Assembly: GCA_965221305.1 (NCBI GenBank)
Contig: OZ244881.1
Span: 4,319,505 to 4,383,504 of the forward strand
DNA from: Vicinamibacterales bacterium
GTDB taxonomy: Bacteria > Acidobacteriota > Vicinamibacteria > Vicinamibacterales > UBA8438
DNA length: 64,000 nt
Direction of reading: 5' to 3'
Every line of letters begins with the position of its first letter. Position 1 is the first letter of the stretch. The position numbers were made by a program, and so were the translations under genes. The notes under the pieces were generated by a model, which did no database searches, was not told where the DNA came from, and saw only the letters and a list, made by a program, of their open reading frames with translations. Shown here in pieces: positions 1-8,999 of the stretch.

Positions 1-903
1 GCGGCGGACTGGTCGGCGCGGCGGCGCGTGAACAGCCAGCCGTACTCGGTCACCGGCCTCGGCCCTGTCGACGGCGGGCAACTCGCGGTCGGGCCTGACG
101 GCCGCCTGCACGTCACGTGGTTCCACCGCGACCCGACGTGGTTCCACTACACGCGTACCGACGACGCCGGCGCGTTCGAGCCCCAACAGACGCTCTCGGC
201 GAAGCAGGAGGGCGGGGTGGAGACCGGGTCCACGGTCGCGGTGGACGGCGGCGACGTCTACGTCTTCTGGCACGCCGACCCGGTCCAGGACGCCGACCGC
301 CGCGTCTACCTCGCGGTGTCTCGCGACAACGGGAAGCACTTCGACCTGCCCCGGCCCGTCGGTTCCGCCGCCGAGGGGGCGTGCGGCTGCTGCGGGCTGC
401 GCGCGGCGGCCGACGGGGCGGGCGCGGTACACGTGTCGTACCGCGGCGCCGGCGACAACGTGCACCGCGGCATGCGGCTGCTCACGAGCACGGACGGCGG
501 CCGCACCTTCGACGACCGGTTGATCCAGCCCTGGAACATCGGGGCGTGCCCGGTCGCCACCACCACCCTCGCCCCGGGCCCCCACGGCGCCCTGGTGGCC
601 TGGGAAACCGAGGGGCAGGTCTTCGTCGCGAACACCGAGCGGCTCGACGAGCCGTGGTCCCCGCCGGGCGAGGCGCAGTTCCGGCGCAAGAACGCGACGG
701 TGGCCGTCAACCACCGCGGGGACGTCCTGCTCGCGTGGGGGGACGGCCCCGGCTGGCAGTCGGGGGGGAACCTGCACTGGCAGGCGTTCGACCCCCGCGG
801 CCGCCCCCTCGGTGAGACCGGCCGCGCCGAGGCGCCGATTCCGGCCCGGAGTGTGCCCACCGCGGTCGCTCGGGCGGACGGCTCGTTCGTGATCGTCTAC
901 TGA
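1..903 (+). CDS. BNR/Asp-box repeat beta-propeller protein (sialidase-like fold), 5' end outside the window
   Basis: The frame of ORF 28..903 stays open back to nt 1. Two Asp-box motifs are present (SRDNGKHF, STDGGRTF) with propeller-like strand patterns. Third codon positions are GC-rich. Confidence 0.65.
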   Translation, partial: AADWSARRRVNSQPYSVTGLGPVDGGQLAVGPDGRLHVTWFHRDPTWFHYTRTDDAGAFEPQQTLSAKQEGGVETGSTVAVDGGDVYVFWHADPVQDADRRVYLAVSRDNGKHFDLPRPVGSAAEGACGCCGLRAAADGAGAVHVSYRGAGDNVHRGMRLLTSTDGGRTFDDRLIQPWNIGACPVATTTLAPGPHGALVAWETEGQVFVANTERLDEPWSPPGEAQFRRKNATVAVNHRGDVLLAWGDGPGWQSGGNLHWQAFDPRGRPLGETGRAEAPIPARSVPTAVARADGSFVIVY

Positions 904-1067
904 CGTTCACAATCGGCGGTTCGCGTCGAAATCCGGGCGCCGGTTCCCGATGCGCGCGAAGGACGGTCCGCCGTCCGCTCGCACGGATCCGGCCGGGGCC
1001 GCCCGGATGTGCGGGCGCACCGTCCATTCGTGCGGGCCGGGATTCAGCACGGGGAGGAGCATTGACG

Positions 1068-2381
1068 GTGAATGATGGGTTGAATCGGTGGCGGTCGTTT
1101 CTGTTGGGGGTCGCCGCGCTGGCGGTCCTCGTCGTCGGCTACCCGTCGCTGCAAGCGGCGGCGAAGGCCGAGGCGGCGCGCGATCTCGCGGTCGCCGACC
1201 CGGCGTCGGTCGGGGTCTCCGCCGAGCGCCTCGAGCGGCTCGACGCGGGCATGCAGGGGATGGTCGACGACGGGAAGCTCGCGGGCATCGTCACGATGCT
1301 GGCGCGGCGCGGCAAGGTCGTCTTCACCGACACGGTGGGCAAGCTCGACGCCGGCAAGGACGACCCGGTCGAGCTCGACTCCATCTTCCGCATCTTCTCG
1401 ATGACCAAGCCGGTCGTCGGCGCCGCCCTCATGATGCTGCACGAGGAGGGCCGGTGGCAGCTCGACGACCCCGTGTCGCGGTTCATTCCCCAGTTCGCCG
1501 ATCTGCAGGTCTACACCAGCGTCGGCGACGACGGCATCATGCAGGTCGAGCCGATCGAGCGCGGGCGGCGCATCACCATGCGCGACCTCATGCGGCACAC
1601 GGCGGGGCTCGGCTATGTCCTCAACCCGCGCCATCCCGTGAACCGGGCCATCATCGACGGCCGCGTCCTCGATACCGGGGCCCCGCTCGAGACGATGATC
1701 GACAAGCTGGTGCGCATTCCCCTGCTGTCGCAGCCGGGCACCGAGTGGGCGTACAGCATCTCCGTCGACGTGCAGGGGTACCTGGTCGAAGTGATCTCCG
1801 GCCAGCCGCTGGACGCCTTCCTCCAGGAGCGCATCTTCGGGCCGCTGGGCATGGTCGACACCGCGTTCCACGTGCCTCCGGAAAAGATGCACCGGCTGGC
1901 AGCGCGGCACACGCCCGGCCCCGACGGCAAGCTGATGGCCGCGCCGGGCGGGGCGCAGGCGCCGAACGCGCCGCTCGCGGGGCCGTCGGGGGGCGGCGGG
2001 CTGTACGGGACGGCGCCCGACTACCTGCGGTTCGCGCAGATGCTGCTGAACGGCGGCGAGCTCGACGGGGTGCGGCTGCTCGCCCCACGGTCCGTCGAGC
2101 TGATGGCCGCCAACCACCTCACCGACGCCCAGCAGGCGACCTATCGGCGGCCCGGGCAGGGGTGGGGGCTGAACTTCTCGGTGGTGACGGACGGCCCCAT
2201 GTCGGGCGAGTCGTGGTCCACCGGCTCCTACTACTGGATCGGCATCGCGGGCACTTGGTTCTGGGTCGACCCGGCAGAGGACCTGACGTTCGTGGGGATG
2301 ATCCAGAACGACGGTGGGGCGATCGGCGAGGTGCATCGGCTGTCGCGCAGCCTCGTCTATCAGGCTGTGGTCGGCGACTGA
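1068..2381 (+). CDS. Serine hydrolase, beta-lactamase/PBP (class C-like) family, exported
   Basis: ORF 1062..2381. SxxK active-site motif in FRIFSMTKPVVGAALMML, with an N-terminal hydrophobic signal/anchor. A GGAGGAG RBS at 1053-1059 favours GTG 1068 over TTG 1062. It is a paralogue of 25123..26421. Confidence 0.85.
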   Translation: MNDGLNRWRSFLLGVAALAVLVVGYPSLQAAAKAEAARDLAVADPASVGVSAERLERLDAGMQGMVDDGKLAGIVTMLARRGKVVFTDTVGKLDAGKDDPVELDSIFRIFSMTKPVVGAALMMLHEEGRWQLDDPVSRFIPQFADLQVYTSVGDDGIMQVEPIERGRRITMRDLMRHTAGLGYVLNPRHPVNRAIIDGRVLDTGAPLETMIDKLVRIPLLSQPGTEWAYSISVDVQGYLVEVISGQPLDAFLQERIFGPLGMVDTAFHVPPEKMHRLAARHTPGPDGKLMAAPGGAQAPNAPLAGPSGGGGLYGTAPDYLRFAQMLLNGGELDGVRLLAPRSVELMAANHLTDAQQATYRRPGQGWGLNFSVVTDGPMSGESWSTGSYYWIGIAGTWFWVDPAEDLTFVGMIQNDGGAIGEVHRLSRSLVYQAVVGD

Positions 2382-2566
2382 TTCCTCGGCCGCATGGGCC
2401 GCGGAGGGGGTGACCCGCCGAGGCTGGCAGGAACTGCGTGCCATCGGCCCATCGCCGCTCGCAGCAACCGCCGGCCTGAATCTCGCCGGACCGCTCGTGC
2501 GCTGTAGTAGGCGGCGGGCGCGGCGATGGCACGCGCGATGCAGGGGTGGCGTGGTCGGAGGACGCC

Positions 2567-2845
2567 ATGACCTCACGCCATCGCCGCGCATCGGATCGCC
2601 GCTACGCGCGGCCCCTGCGCACCACCCTGCAGATCGACGATGACGTTCTGGAGGCGGCGCGGTGCATCGCCGACGACGAGCGCGTCAGCGTCGGCGAGGT
2701 TCTGTCGAGGCTCGCGCGCCGCGGGCTGGAGCCCCGTCCGGGCGAGCCGGCCTGGGCCCGGTTTCCGCCGCCCACCCTTCCACGCGTGCCGGTGTCGCGG
2801 GGCGTGGGAACCTGGCGGTGCGCAGAAGGCTGGGACCCCTGGTGA
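2567..2845 (+). CDS. VapB-like ribbon-helix-helix antitoxin, orphan (no toxin gene follows)
   Basis: Within ORF 2546..2845, the segment LRTTLQIDDDVLEAARCIADDERVSVGEVLSRLARRGL matches the N-terminal RHH pattern of VapC-partner antitoxins (MRTTLxIDDDLL...SLGEVxSELARRGL). The start codon is uncertain. The next gene (2932) is a methyltransferase, not a PIN protein. Confidence 0.5.
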   Translation: MTSRHRRASDRRYARPLRTTLQIDDDVLEAARCIADDERVSVGEVLSRLARRGLEPRPGEPAWARFPPPTLPRVPVSRGVGTWRCAEGWDPW

Positions 2846-2931
2846 GGCGATCGGCTGCCACCCTCCCGGCGCCCTTGTTGCGCCTGCCAAGGGACCCCGC
2901 AACTCGCCCGCGCGTGCGATATGCTCCGGCG

Positions 2932-3975
2932 ATGTTCATGCGCCTGATCGCGTGGGTCGTCTTCGTCGTCCTCCAGGTCGTCTTCCTGCCGCTGGCGGTG
3001 CTGGGGACGCTGATGGTCTCCTACCGGCAGCTCTTCGTCAGCCGGCGGCTGGGCAGCTCGGGGACCGCCATCGAAGTCATCAACGGGCGCTGGACCATGG
3101 ACTGGTTCGGCATGCGGCCGGACCCGGCGACGGCGCGGCTGCTCCGGGTCCTGCCCAACAGCTCGATCCTGGGGCTGCAGCTGGTCCTGTTCCCGCTGTG
3201 GGTCAAGCGCAAGCTGAGCGGCGACTACTTCGCCTATCCCCGCCTGCCCCCGCCGGACGGGGCTGAGACCATGGCGGATCTCGTCATCGCCCGGACCCTC
3301 TACTTCGACCGAATCCTCGAGCGGGTCCTCCCCGGGGTCGAGCAGTTCGTGCTGCTGGGGGCCGGCTACGACACCCGGGCCTTCGGCCCTCTCGTGCCCG
3401 ACGGCGTGGCCTGCTTCGAGGTGGACCATCCGCGGGTCCAGTCGCTCAAGCGGTCCAAGTTGGACGAGGCGGGCATCGAGACGCGGGGCGTCACCTTCGT
3501 TCCAGTGGACTTCAGCCGAGACGACGCCTTCGAGGAGCTTGCCGCGAGCGGTTACGACCCCGGCCGGAAGACGGTCTTCCTCTGGGAGGGGGTGACCCTG
3601 TATCTCAGCGAGGACGACGTGCGGAGGACGCTGCGGGGAGCCCGCGAACGGTCGGCGCCGGGCAGCAGGCTGGTGGTGGACCTCTACGCGGAGCGTTTCG
3701 TGCGGTTGGCCCGCGGGAAGGCGGTGAGGAGGACCCTCGAGTACACGGCGGAGGGCTTTGACTTCGGACTGGACTTCGGGGCGGGCTGGGAGCGGACGTT
3801 GAGGGGCTTTCTCGACAGCGAAGGCCTGACCGAGGGCGAGGCGTACTTCATGGGACGGGCGAACGCCAAGGGGCCTTTCGCGGTGGTGGCCGAGTTCATC
3901 GTGTCCGCGGACACGTCGCGCGGAGAGGAAAGGGGGCAGGACGCGCCGCCGCCGCCGGTGGCGCCGGGAGGGTGA
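2932..3975 (+). CDS. Class I SAM-dependent methyltransferase (TIGR00027/LCMT-like) with N-terminal membrane segment
   Basis: In frame with ORF 2662..3975. ATG 2932 (MFMRLIAWVVFVV...) begins the hydrophobic N-terminus, whereas the upstream part of the ORF is Arg-rich junk. Motif VLLGAGYDTRAF is present. Confidence 0.8.
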   Translation: MFMRLIAWVVFVVLQVVFLPLAVLGTLMVSYRQLFVSRRLGSSGTAIEVINGRWTMDWFGMRPDPATARLLRVLPNSSILGLQLVLFPLWVKRKLSGDYFAYPRLPPPDGAETMADLVIARTLYFDRILERVLPGVEQFVLLGAGYDTRAFGPLVPDGVACFEVDHPRVQSLKRSKLDEAGIETRGVTFVPVDFSRDDAFEELAASGYDPGRKTVFLWEGVTLYLSEDDVRRTLRGARERSAPGSRLVVDLYAERFVRLARGKAVRRTLEYTAEGFDFGLDFGAGWERTLRGFLDSEGLTEGEAYFMGRANAKGPFAVVAEFIVSADTSRGEERGQDAPPPPVAPGG

Positions 3976-4030
3976 GGGGAGTGATGCCGGGGGCCGCGCC
4001 GCTGCTCGCAGCGCCGCCCCGGCTCGTCCT

Positions 4031-4465
4031 TCACTCGACGGTGACGGTAATCGTGGCGCAGAGCCCCTCGATCGTGCGGTGCTCGTCGTCGCCGAGCTGC
4101 ACTGCGAAGGTGTGCTCGCCCTCGGGCATCAGGCTCTCGAAGACGGAGGAGCCGTCGCCGAAGTGGACCCACGGAGCCGACTGGGGAATGATCTCGCCGG
4201 CCGGCAGGCACTCGGTGTCGATGCCGATGTGGTAGTGACCGACCCCCCATCGCGGGGTCTCGACCTCCTCGGGGACCGGCAACAGGGAGAAGCCCTCGCT
4301 GCCGAACTCGAACTGAACCGGGCTCGACACGGTGGCGCCGTCGGCCGGCGACACGAAGAACACGCGCGGTCCCTCCTGGGCCTGGCCGGTCATTGACCAC
4401 GCCGCCAGCACCGCCGTGACGGCCAGCACCGTCGCTCCGAGCACTCTCGTCTTCCGTTCCTTCAT
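4031..4465 (-). CDS. Secreted DUF4399-family protein
   Basis: These are the last 144 codons of the 936-aa track ORF. They start at MKERKTRVLGATVLAVTAVLAAW (signal peptide). GHYHIGID and HFGDG...GEHTFAVQLGDDEH match the DUF4399 pattern. Confidence 0.75.
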   Translation of the reverse strand: MKERKTRVLGATVLAVTAVLAAWSMTGQAQEGPRVFFVSPADGATVSSPVQFEFGSEGFSLLPVPEEVETPRWGVGHYHIGIDTECLPAGEIIPQSAPWVHFGDGSSVFESLMPEGEHTFAVQLGDDEHRTIEGLCATITVTVE

Positions 4466-4729
4466 GTTCAAACACCTGCTCCTTGATGACTGGTGGAAGA
4501 TGACGACCCGCCGGCCGGGCGCTCCCCGCGCCGCCGGCAGGGCGGCGCGGGACCGACGCCGACCCGCGGAATACCGGTGCATCCTAGTGTTCCCGGGCGG
4601 GTTTCGCAACCCAAAGTGTGCGACACTCAGAAGAGGCTGACGGCCGGGCGTTCGTCGCTCCCTATCCGCTGGCCGCCGGCCGCCGGCCGCCGCCGCGGGC
4701 GGCCACGACCTCGAAAGGAGCCTCGTCGC

Positions 4730-6010
4730 ATGCCGCCGTCCCTCACGCGATTCTCTTCCACCGTGAAGCCGGAGGGGGCGTTCACGGTGCTCGCCGCCGC
4801 CCGGCGCCTCGCCGCCGCGGGCAAGGACGTCATCGAGCTCGAGATCGGTGACAGCCCGTTCCCGTCCCCGGAGGCCGCCGTCGACGCCGGTATCGAGGCG
4901 ATTCGCGCCGGCCGCACTACCTACGGTCCGTCGGGCGGGCTGCCCGAGCTTCGCGCCGCCGCCGCCGCCTACGTCAACCGGGAGCACGGCCTGTCGGTGA
5001 CCGCCGACCACGTCATCGCGGGCCCCGGCGCCAAGACCTTCGAGCAGATCTTCTGCGACGCCTTCGTCGAGCCCGACGACGGCGTCCTCGTGTTCAGCCC
5101 GTACTTCCCGACCTATGCCGCGAACATCACCCGCCGCGGCGCGCGCATGGTGCTGTCGAACCTGCGGGCGTCGCGGGCGTTTCGGCCCAACCTCGACGAC
5201 GTGCGCCGGTTCCTCGACGAGGACGCGCGGCCCAAGGCCATCTTCCTGAACAGCCCCCACAACCCCACCGGCGGGGTCGCGACCGAGGACGACCTCCGCG
5301 AGTTCGCCGACCTGATCCGGGGCCGCAACGTGGCGGTGTTCGCCGACGAGCCCTACGACTGCATGGTGTGGGAGGGCCGGCACCAGTCGCTGCTCGCCCA
5401 GCCCGGCATGCTCGATCAGACGGTGGCCGCCTACACGTTCAGCAAGTCGTTCAGCATGAGCGGCTGGCGCCTCGGCTACGCGGTGTCGAGCCCGGAGACC
5501 ATCGAGGTCTTCGACCTGCTGACGAACGTGGCGCTCTCGTGCGTGCCCCCGTTCACGCAGCTCGCCGGGGCGGCCGCCCTCGAGCGCGGTCGGCAGTACC
5601 GCGACGAACGGATGCGCGACTTCCACCGCAAGGTCGAGCTGCTCGTAGCCGGCCTGAACACCGTCGACGGCGTGAGCTGCCTCATGCCCGGCGGCACGTT
5701 CTATGCGTTCCCATCGGTGGCCGAGATCTGCAACCGCGCCGGCATCACGTCGCACGGACTGGCGTTGTACCTGCTCGAAGGAGCCGACGACGCGGTCGGC
5801 GTCGCGTGCCTGGGCGGCGAGTGCTTCGGGGAGGCCGGGGGCGGCTTCCTGCGGCTGAGCTGCGCGCAGCCCGACGACCGGCTCGTCGAGGCGGTGTCGT
5901 TCATCGCCGAGGCGGTGACCCGCCGCGACCGCATCACCGCGTACCTCGACGCCCACCCTGACCACCGGCTCGCCGCGCCCTACCCGATCGACGCGCCGGT
6001 GAGGGGGTGA
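4730..6010 (+). CDS. PLP-dependent aminotransferase, class I/II (AspC-like)
   Basis: ATG 4730 is preceded by AAAGGAG at 4714-4720. PLP-lysine motif FSKSFSMSGWRLGY and NSPHNPTG are present. The upstream part of ORF 4493..6010 is Arg/Pro junk. Confidence 0.9.
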   Translation: MPPSLTRFSSTVKPEGAFTVLAAARRLAAAGKDVIELEIGDSPFPSPEAAVDAGIEAIRAGRTTYGPSGGLPELRAAAAAYVNREHGLSVTADHVIAGPGAKTFEQIFCDAFVEPDDGVLVFSPYFPTYAANITRRGARMVLSNLRASRAFRPNLDDVRRFLDEDARPKAIFLNSPHNPTGGVATEDDLREFADLIRGRNVAVFADEPYDCMVWEGRHQSLLAQPGMLDQTVAAYTFSKSFSMSGWRLGYAVSSPETIEVFDLLTNVALSCVPPFTQLAGAAALERGRQYRDERMRDFHRKVELLVAGLNTVDGVSCLMPGGTFYAFPSVAEICNRAGITSHGLALYLLEGADDAVGVACLGGECFGEAGGGFLRLSCAQPDDRLVEAVSFIAEAVTRRDRITAYLDAHPDHRLAAPYPIDAPVRG

Positions 6011-6102
6011 GCGGCTCGAGAGAAGATATGGCGTGAGTGCGTCGCGCAACCCGGAGACAACGACTCCGGCATGGCGCGAGAAGCGACGGGCGGCCGGCTC
6101 CG

Positions 6103-7020
6103 CTAACGGCGCACCAGCTCCACGTGCTCGGCCCGCATCCAACCCACGGCGCCGTTCTCGAGCACGATCTCCACCCAGTCGTCCGCGCGCCGGTCCACGA
6201 TGACCTTGGCGCCGGCGTGCACCGCGAAGATCTGCAAGGCGGGATCGTCCGAGGGCGCGCTCTGCACCTGCACCTTGTCGGCCATCACGATCGCCTCCTC
6301 GTCGGCGCCGAGGTCGAGTTCGCGGGCGACGAGGTTGACGCCGAAGACGAGGGTCACGGCGGCGGCGGCGAGGGCGGTGCGCCGCGCCCAGGCCGCGAGG
6401 CCGGGCCCCGGTCGGAGCACGACGACGGCGGCGCCCGCGACCGCCGTCACCCAGGCCAGGGCGACGAGCCGGATCAAGGCGGCGCGCGGCAGCAGCCCGA
6501 CCCACCAGCCGATGACGCGGAAGAGCCAGAACTCGGGCCTCGGGTCGATGTCGTCGACGGTCATCGACCGGGCGAGGGCGAGGTTGGCGAGGAGGTCGTC
6601 GTCGCCGGGCATGAGGCGCCGGGCGCGCTCGTAGTTGAGGATGGCGGGGGCGAGCTCGCCGAGCCGGAAGTGGGCGTTGCCGATGTTGTAGAAGAGCTCG
6701 CCGCTCTCGATCCCCTCGTCGAGAATGCGCTGGTAGCGGTCGAGGGCGCCTTGGAAATCGCCGGTCTGGTAGAGCCGGTTCCCCTCGTCGAAGAAAGCGC
6801 TCTGAGCCTCCGCCGGCGCCGCCGGGAGCAGCAGCAGGCACGCGGCGCCGAGGGCCGCCGCGGCAGACCAGGGTGGATGCCTCTTGCCGCCGGGCGGCCG
6901 GGCCGGGCGCCCGGGAGCGACGGCCGGCGGCGGCCGGAAGCCGGATTCCCAGATCTTCGACGGGTCCCGCACGTCGGCCGGGGCGCGGGCCGCCGGGAAC
7001 GATGTCGGGTTCTCGGTCAT
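6103..7020 (-). CDS. batE: BatE-like TPR + C-terminal SH3 domain protein
   Basis: TPR repeats (GNRLYQTGDFQGALDRYQ..., FYNIGNAHFRLGE...), TM segments, and a C-terminal SH3-like tail (DDWVEIVLENGAVGWMRAEHV). The start overlaps the batD stop (ATGA at 7017-7020). Confidence 0.8.
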   Translation of the reverse strand: MTENPTSFPAARAPADVRDPSKIWESGFRPPPAVAPGRPARPPGGKRHPPWSAAAALGAACLLLLPAAPAEAQSAFFDEGNRLYQTGDFQGALDRYQRILDEGIESGELFYNIGNAHFRLGELAPAILNYERARRLMPGDDDLLANLALARSMTVDDIDPRPEFWLFRVIGWWVGLLPRAALIRLVALAWVTAVAGAAVVVLRPGPGLAAWARRTALAAAAVTLVFGVNLVARELDLGADEEAIVMADKVQVQSAPSDDPALQIFAVHAGAKVIVDRRADDWVEIVLENGAVGWMRAEHVELVRR

Positions 7021-8999
7021 AAGCCGGTCAGCGCAGCGTCGAGATCGGTCATCGCCCGCCCCGCCTCCGCGAGCATCGCCTGCATCGAGACGACGTCCGG
7101 ATCGGTGGGGGCGAAGCGCTCGCGGTCGCAGCGTTCCAGACAGTCGAGGTACGCGTCGATGACGGCCGCCTCCACCCCCCGGGCGGCGAGGGCGGTGCGC
7201 ATCTCGTCATGGATCAGGCCGGCTTCGGCGACGTTCAGCTTGTCGCCGAGGAACCCCTGCATGGCGCGGCCGACCTCGGCGTGGAACTCGCGGCGCCGGT
7301 CGGGCGAGCACAGCGACTCGGCGCCGGCGAGCCGGCGGCGGGCCACCTTCGAGGCGCGCCGGCTGCGAGCCCAGGCGACGTCGCCGGCGAGCCGATCGCG
7401 GTGGCGGCGCACGGCCACCGCGCCGGCGAGGGCGACGAGGGGCAGCACTGCGACCGTCCAGAACCCGGCCGAGCGAAAGAGCGAACCTCCCCGCGCCCGG
7501 AACGTCGGGGCGGCGAGGCGGATGAAGCGGATGTCCGCGCGCTGCAAGTCCACCCCGGTGCGGGCGCGCCCGCCGGGCAGGGCGGGGGCGGGGCCCGGGT
7601 CTCCGGTGACGGTCAGCTCGATCGGGTCGGAGGACGCTACCGCGTAGGCGCCGCCGTCGGGGTCGAGGTACGCGAACTCCACGGGGGGAATCGTTACGTC
7701 GCCGGGCTCGCGCGGCACGATGACGTACTCGTAGACCCGCCGGCCGCGGACGCCGGCCGCCGCCGGTTCCACCTCCTCGCTCATCTCCGGGGGGTAGACC
7801 TCGAGGGCGGCGGGGATGTTCAGTCTCGGCTCGGGCAAGGTCCGGATGTTGCCGCTGCCGCTGACTTCGAGCCGCAGGGTCAGGGCGTCGTTGGTCTCGG
7901 CGGTGGTTTGGTCCACGCTGGTCGAGACCGCGAGCGAGCCGACGAAGCCGGAGTACGACGCCGGGGCGCCGGGCGGGGCCGGCAGCACGTCGAAGTCGAG
8001 AGCGTTCGACACGACCGAGACCGGCACGCGGCGGCCGAACAGGCTGTCGCCGAAGAGGTCGCCGAAGGGGTCGTTCCCGAAGGGGGACCGCCGCTGCACG
8101 CGCACCTGCGCTTCGAGCACGAGGGGGTCGACGCGCTTGGGGCCGGCGCTGGTCGGAGACAGGGCGGCGCGGCGGATGACTTGGCTGGCGTACTGCACGC
8201 CGTCGCGGACTACCCGTTCCTGCTGTTGCGGGGTGGGTAGCTCCTCGACCCAGAAGCCGGCGGCGCCCGGCTGCCGGACGACGCTGACACCCTCGACATC
8301 GACTCGCGTGAAGATGCGGTACTCCACCACGACCGGCTGGTTGACGTAGACCTGCTCCTCGCTGAGCGTGGCGGTGAGGAAGAGATCGTCGGAAGAGACG
8401 CCGGCGCCGGAGTCCCCTCGCGCACTCGCGCCGCCGCGCCCGCCGACGCCCGCCGCCGGGGCGCGGGAGACCTCGATGGTCACGGGCTCGGTGCGCAGCT
8501 CCTGTCCATCGACCTGCACCATCACCGGGCCGACCTCGAACGTGCCCTCCCGGGTCGCCAGGAACCGATACTGGATCGTATGCGACGCAGACATGCGGCC
8601 GTTGACGAGCTGCATCGAGGTCGACGTGCCCGAGCCGAGGTAGTCGGCGAACGCCGACAGGTCCGGCGGGGCGGGGTTCCCGTCCACGCTCCGGCTGCCG
8701 GACACCTCCACGTGCAGGACGAACTGCCCGTTCACGGGCACCGGGTTCTGGCTGAGGAACGCCCGCACGGATTGGGCCCGGGCGCCGGCCGGAAGCGTCA
8801 GGCCGACCACGGCGGCCGCCAGCACCAGCGGTCCGAGCCGTCGCCGCGGGCCGGCGTGGCCGCCACCGTTGCCGGCCGGGGGCACGGCCGGGCTCAGCGC
8901 CGACGCGGGCTCGCGTGCCGGCGTAACGAGTTCGCCTGCGAGTTCGCAGCGATCCGGTCTTCGAAGCGCCGCCGTCTCGAGCCCGGAAGCCACCATCAC
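7017..8999 (-). CDS. batD: BatD-like oxygen-tolerance family protein
   Basis: 660 aa with a signal-like segment, repeated Ig-like BatD modules, a C-terminal TM segment and a helical tail. It sits between batC and batE, and its start overlaps the batC stop. Confidence 0.8.
   Translation of the reverse strand: MMVASGLETAALRRPDRCELAGELVTPAREPASALSPAVPPAGNGGGHAGPRRRLGPLVLAAAVVGLTLPAGARAQSVRAFLSQNPVPVNGQFVLHVEVSGSRSVDGNPAPPDLSAFADYLGSGTSTSMQLVNGRMSASHTIQYRFLATREGTFEVGPVMVQVDGQELRTEPVTIEVSRAPAAGVGGRGGASARGDSGAGVSSDDLFLTATLSEEQVYVNQPVVVEYRIFTRVDVEGVSVVRQPGAAGFWVEELPTPQQQERVVRDGVQYASQVIRRAALSPTSAGPKRVDPLVLEAQVRVQRRSPFGNDPFGDLFGDSLFGRRVPVSVVSNALDFDVLPAPPGAPASYSGFVGSLAVSTSVDQTTAETNDALTLRLEVSGSGNIRTLPEPRLNIPAALEVYPPEMSEEVEPAAAGVRGRRVYEYVIVPREPGDVTIPPVEFAYLDPDGGAYAVASSDPIELTVTGDPGPAPALPGGRARTGVDLQRADIRFIRLAAPTFRARGGSLFRSAGFWTVAVLPLVALAGAVAVRRHRDRLAGDVAWARSRRASKVARRRLAGAESLCSPDRRREFHAEVGRAMQGFLGDKLNVAEAGLIHDEMRTALAARGVEAAVIDAYLDCLERCDRERFAPTDPDVVSMQAMLAEAGRAMTDLDAALTGL

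Noticed and set aside
1044-2591. 515-aa minus-strand ORF
   Set aside because: It is antisense to the well-supported beta-lactamase-family gene. The translation is Arg/Pro/Gly/His-rich with no motifs, which is a typical high-GC shadow ORF.
4466-6841. Upstream 790 codons of the 936-aa minus-strand ORF 4031..6841
   Set aside because: Only the last 144 codons (the DUF4399 protein with its own signal peptide) look real. The rest is antisense to the aminotransferase and overlaps batE out of frame, with an Arg/Pro-rich translation.
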